Both the position numbers and the translations under genes were made by a program. Positions 62,095 through 64,000 of a DNA stretch of 64,000 bases are shown here, piece by piece. The notes beneath the pieces are model-generated. The model worked only from the letters and a program-made list of their open reading frames with translations. It made no database searches and was not told the DNA's origin. This DNA comes from Candidatus Sumerlaea chitinivorans (lineage in GTDB: Bacteria; Sumerlaeota; Sumerlaeia; Sumerlaeales; Sumerlaeaceae). Each line of letters begins with the position of its first letter. The stretch's first letter is position 1. The stretch is taken from the NCBI GenBank assembly GCA_003290465.1, contig CP030759.1, positions 1,988,572 to 2,052,571 of the forward strand, read 5' to 3'.

Positions 62095-63522
62095 TTAAAA
62101 TTTCACTACATATTGAACGTAAAAGAAGTTGGCACTATCACTCCGGCCATGCTTGCGAGGAAAATTGCCTGCGAAGAAGTGGGAATACCCGCCCTCCAAT
62201 TCCACGCGCTTCGAAAGCTTATACTTCGCCATTAGGCTTAGCTCGTCCCCGAGGTCGCGACCGCTTTGCCCGGTCTTGTCGCGTAAGGAACCCGGGCCAT
62301 TGTACCATGTATCCGTGCGTGAATCGAGCCAGTAATGATGCACCTCCGCCTGCAATTTCAGCTTGTCCGTTGGCTCCACACTGAAAATCAGTGCCAGCTC
62401 GCGCAGGTTCTGCAGTCGTACAAAGTCAATGATGCCATACGGGGTGTGGTTTGTACCAAACAGCGGGCTAAAACTGTTGTTCTCGCCGTCGCCGAATTTG
62501 CGGTCGCCGCTGGCCAGATTCCCCTCCAGCTTCAGCATCGGTTTCCACGGCTTTTCCCATTTGTAGTTGATATCAGCATGCAGCATGTAGGCCCGCAAAT
62601 CGTCCTCGGCGATGTTTCCGAACTGATACGCAGCCTCAAGGCCATAGCCAAGCGTACCAACACCGGGATGTTTCGCGAGCGGGCCACGCCAACGCGTCCC
62701 CACCGTGTATCGGCTTGAGGTGCCATACTCACCATTTTCACCTTTTATTGCGGAAGGGAATGTGCGGAAAGCATTTCGATCACTATAGCCAAGCGCATAG
62801 AGATCGAACTCGTGGGGTTTGAGGGTGTAGAAGGTGCCATAGAAACCATACAGCCAAGTATGATTGAGAGGATGTGGTTCGTCGGTGGTCAGCGCGGGTT
62901 TGTGGCGACGCTGATAAATATCTGGCTGGAGAACTAAGAAGCTAAGATCCATGCGATCGTCTTTGTAGCGCAACCGTGCTCCATCGAAAAGTTTCAGCAG
63001 GTTCGACCACGAGCCGTACTCGACCAAACGCTCTTCTCCGAGGGAGACGGCTTGCCGGCCGATTCGCAAACTCCACGGGGAGTTCTCCCGCACTCGCGCC
63101 TCGAGATAAAGCTGGTGTAGATGCCAATACGCTTCCTGCATGAGTTCGGTACGTGCACCGACTTGCCGCGCATCTGCCACTTCCAAGTAGACCCGCCACA
63201 GCTTCTGGTAGCTCAGGTCAAAATTCACGCGGGTCCGCACAAAGCCGAGATCGTCGTTATCGCCGACTTTGTTGTTAAGATCGTAATTCTTGCGCACTTC
63301 AAAACGCGCCCGCTGATCGCCACCCACCTGAAGCTTCCACTCATTGTTTTTTCCCCACACCAGGGGAGGGAGCAGGCGATCCTGACTTGTTGAACCAGTG
63401 GTTGGCTTATCAGCTTTCTTAGCACTTCCTGACGAGTCCGCAGCAACGGTAGAACCCAACAAAGCGATGGACAATAGCACCACCCCAACTACGCGACTAA
63501 GGCTTCTCGAACAGTAGTCCAT
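62095..63522 (-). CDS. Outer-membrane beta-barrel porin of the alginate-export (AlgE-like) family
   Basis: It has a signal peptide, alternating amphipathic beta-strands, and a C-terminal aromatic residue (...YVQYVVKF). Confidence 0.6.
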   Translation of the reverse strand: MDYCSRSLSRVVGVVLLSIALLGSTVAADSSGSAKKADKPTTGSTSQDRLLPPLVWGKNNEWKLQVGGDQRARFEVRKNYDLNNKVGDNDDLGFVRTRVNFDLSYQKLWRVYLEVADARQVGARTELMQEAYWHLHQLYLEARVRENSPWSLRIGRQAVSLGEERLVEYGSWSNLLKLFDGARLRYKDDRMDLSFLVLQPDIYQRRHKPALTTDEPHPLNHTWLYGFYGTFYTLKPHEFDLYALGYSDRNAFRTFPSAIKGENGEYGTSSRYTVGTRWRGPLAKHPGVGTLGYGLEAAYQFGNIAEDDLRAYMLHADINYKWEKPWKPMLKLEGNLASGDRKFGDGENNSFSPLFGTNHTPYGIIDFVRLQNLRELALIFSVEPTDKLKLQAEVHHYWLDSRTDTWYNGPGSLRDKTGQSGRDLGDELSLMAKYKLSKRVELEGGYSHFFAGNFPRKHGRSDSANFFYVQYVVKF

Positions 63523-63696
63523 GACGTTAGTCTCCTGACTACCAACTCAAAACGTTACGACAACAGCCACTCGGCCTCCCGGCAGAAATGGGAATGACGT
63601 AATCGTCTTCATTTCAGGCCGGTCAACTGCGAATTCGCAAAAAAAATAATGGGCTCCTTCTGGAGCCGATTCAGTGACATACCTGTGACTTGTGAC

Positions 63697-64000
63697 TCAG
63701 AACTCCATCGGGAGTTCCGCCGGCCGTCCTTGGAGACAGGCTGTGCGCGCCAAGTCGTAGGCCTCGTTGTACTGCCGCGCCACGACCTCCCACGAGACGA
63801 CTTCATCGAGGTAGCGTCGCAGATTCTCACCCAACTGTATGCGCAATTGTTCGTCCGTCGCAAGACGAATCACGTGATCACGCAGCATTTGTTTTGTGGT
63901 GAAGAGCAGTCCACCGCCACTCTCGAGGGTTTGCGCCGTGAGCCCCTCCATGGGGGCGGTCGTAATGAACGGCTTATTCAGCGCAATGATCCGGGCAAGG
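63697..64000 (-). CDS. Glycosyltransferase family 4, C-terminal part. The gene continues beyond the window end.
   Basis: Its C-terminal region carries the GT-B EX7E-like motif (...APMEGL...). The reading frame is open to position 64000. Confidence 0.55.
   Translation of the reverse strand, partial: LARIIALNKPFITTAPMEGLTAQTLESGGGLLFTTKQMLRDHVIRLATDEQLRIQLGENLRRYLDEVVSWEVVARQYNEAYDLARTACLQGRPAELPMEF

Overview
This is a GC-rich (~60%) bacterial chromosomal window with compact operons on both strands; no rRNA, tRNA or CRISPR array was found by eye. It is mostly housekeeping genes.

Recognisable genes, in order: a DEAD-box helicase (5' partial), an aldo/keto reductase, FtsH, NadB, a purine nucleoside phosphorylase with a divergent PfkB kinase, OsmC, a PilB/GspE-type ATPase, LigA, a secreted GHL10-type glycosidase-like protein, 5-formyltetrahydrofolate cyclo-ligase, a DUF1343/NamZ-like protein, RarA, Obg, a SurA-like protein, PdxA, ribosomal protein L19, secreted MsrAB, GltD, MoeZ, GlmS, a BtpA-GT4-GT2-MBL operon, LeuCD, MarR, an alginate-export-type porin, and a partial GT4 at the 3' edge.

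Two regions are unusual.

1. Mobile element at 39870..44305. A complete ISL3-family passenger-carrying IS with the gene content of Pseudomonas ISPpu12 (merR-like regulator, CDF efflux protein, lspA, tnpA). It has 24-bp imperfect inverted repeats and a perfect 8-bp target duplication, CTATTTCG. An IS481-family element (41887..42954, 6-bp duplication CCTATA) is nested inside it, between lspA and tnpA. The whole unit sits in the intergenic region downstream of rplS.

2. Accessory-looking minus-strand locus at 4883..14342. It holds a 625-aa secreted protein with no recognisable family, followed by a strong intrinsic terminator. Upstream of that gene is a 1.46-kb low-GC non-coding region. Downstream are two tandem, near-identical ~580-aa B12-binding radical-SAM paralogs and a 576-aa polytopic membrane protein with a C-terminal soluble domain. 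I propose this is a previously undescribed surface-protein modification cassette; this is inference only.

Smaller oddities are an orphan hydrogenase-maturation protease, an orphan MoxR ATPase, an orphan PilB with three tandem MshEN-like repeats, and a STAS-TPR/Trm112/hypothetical trio.
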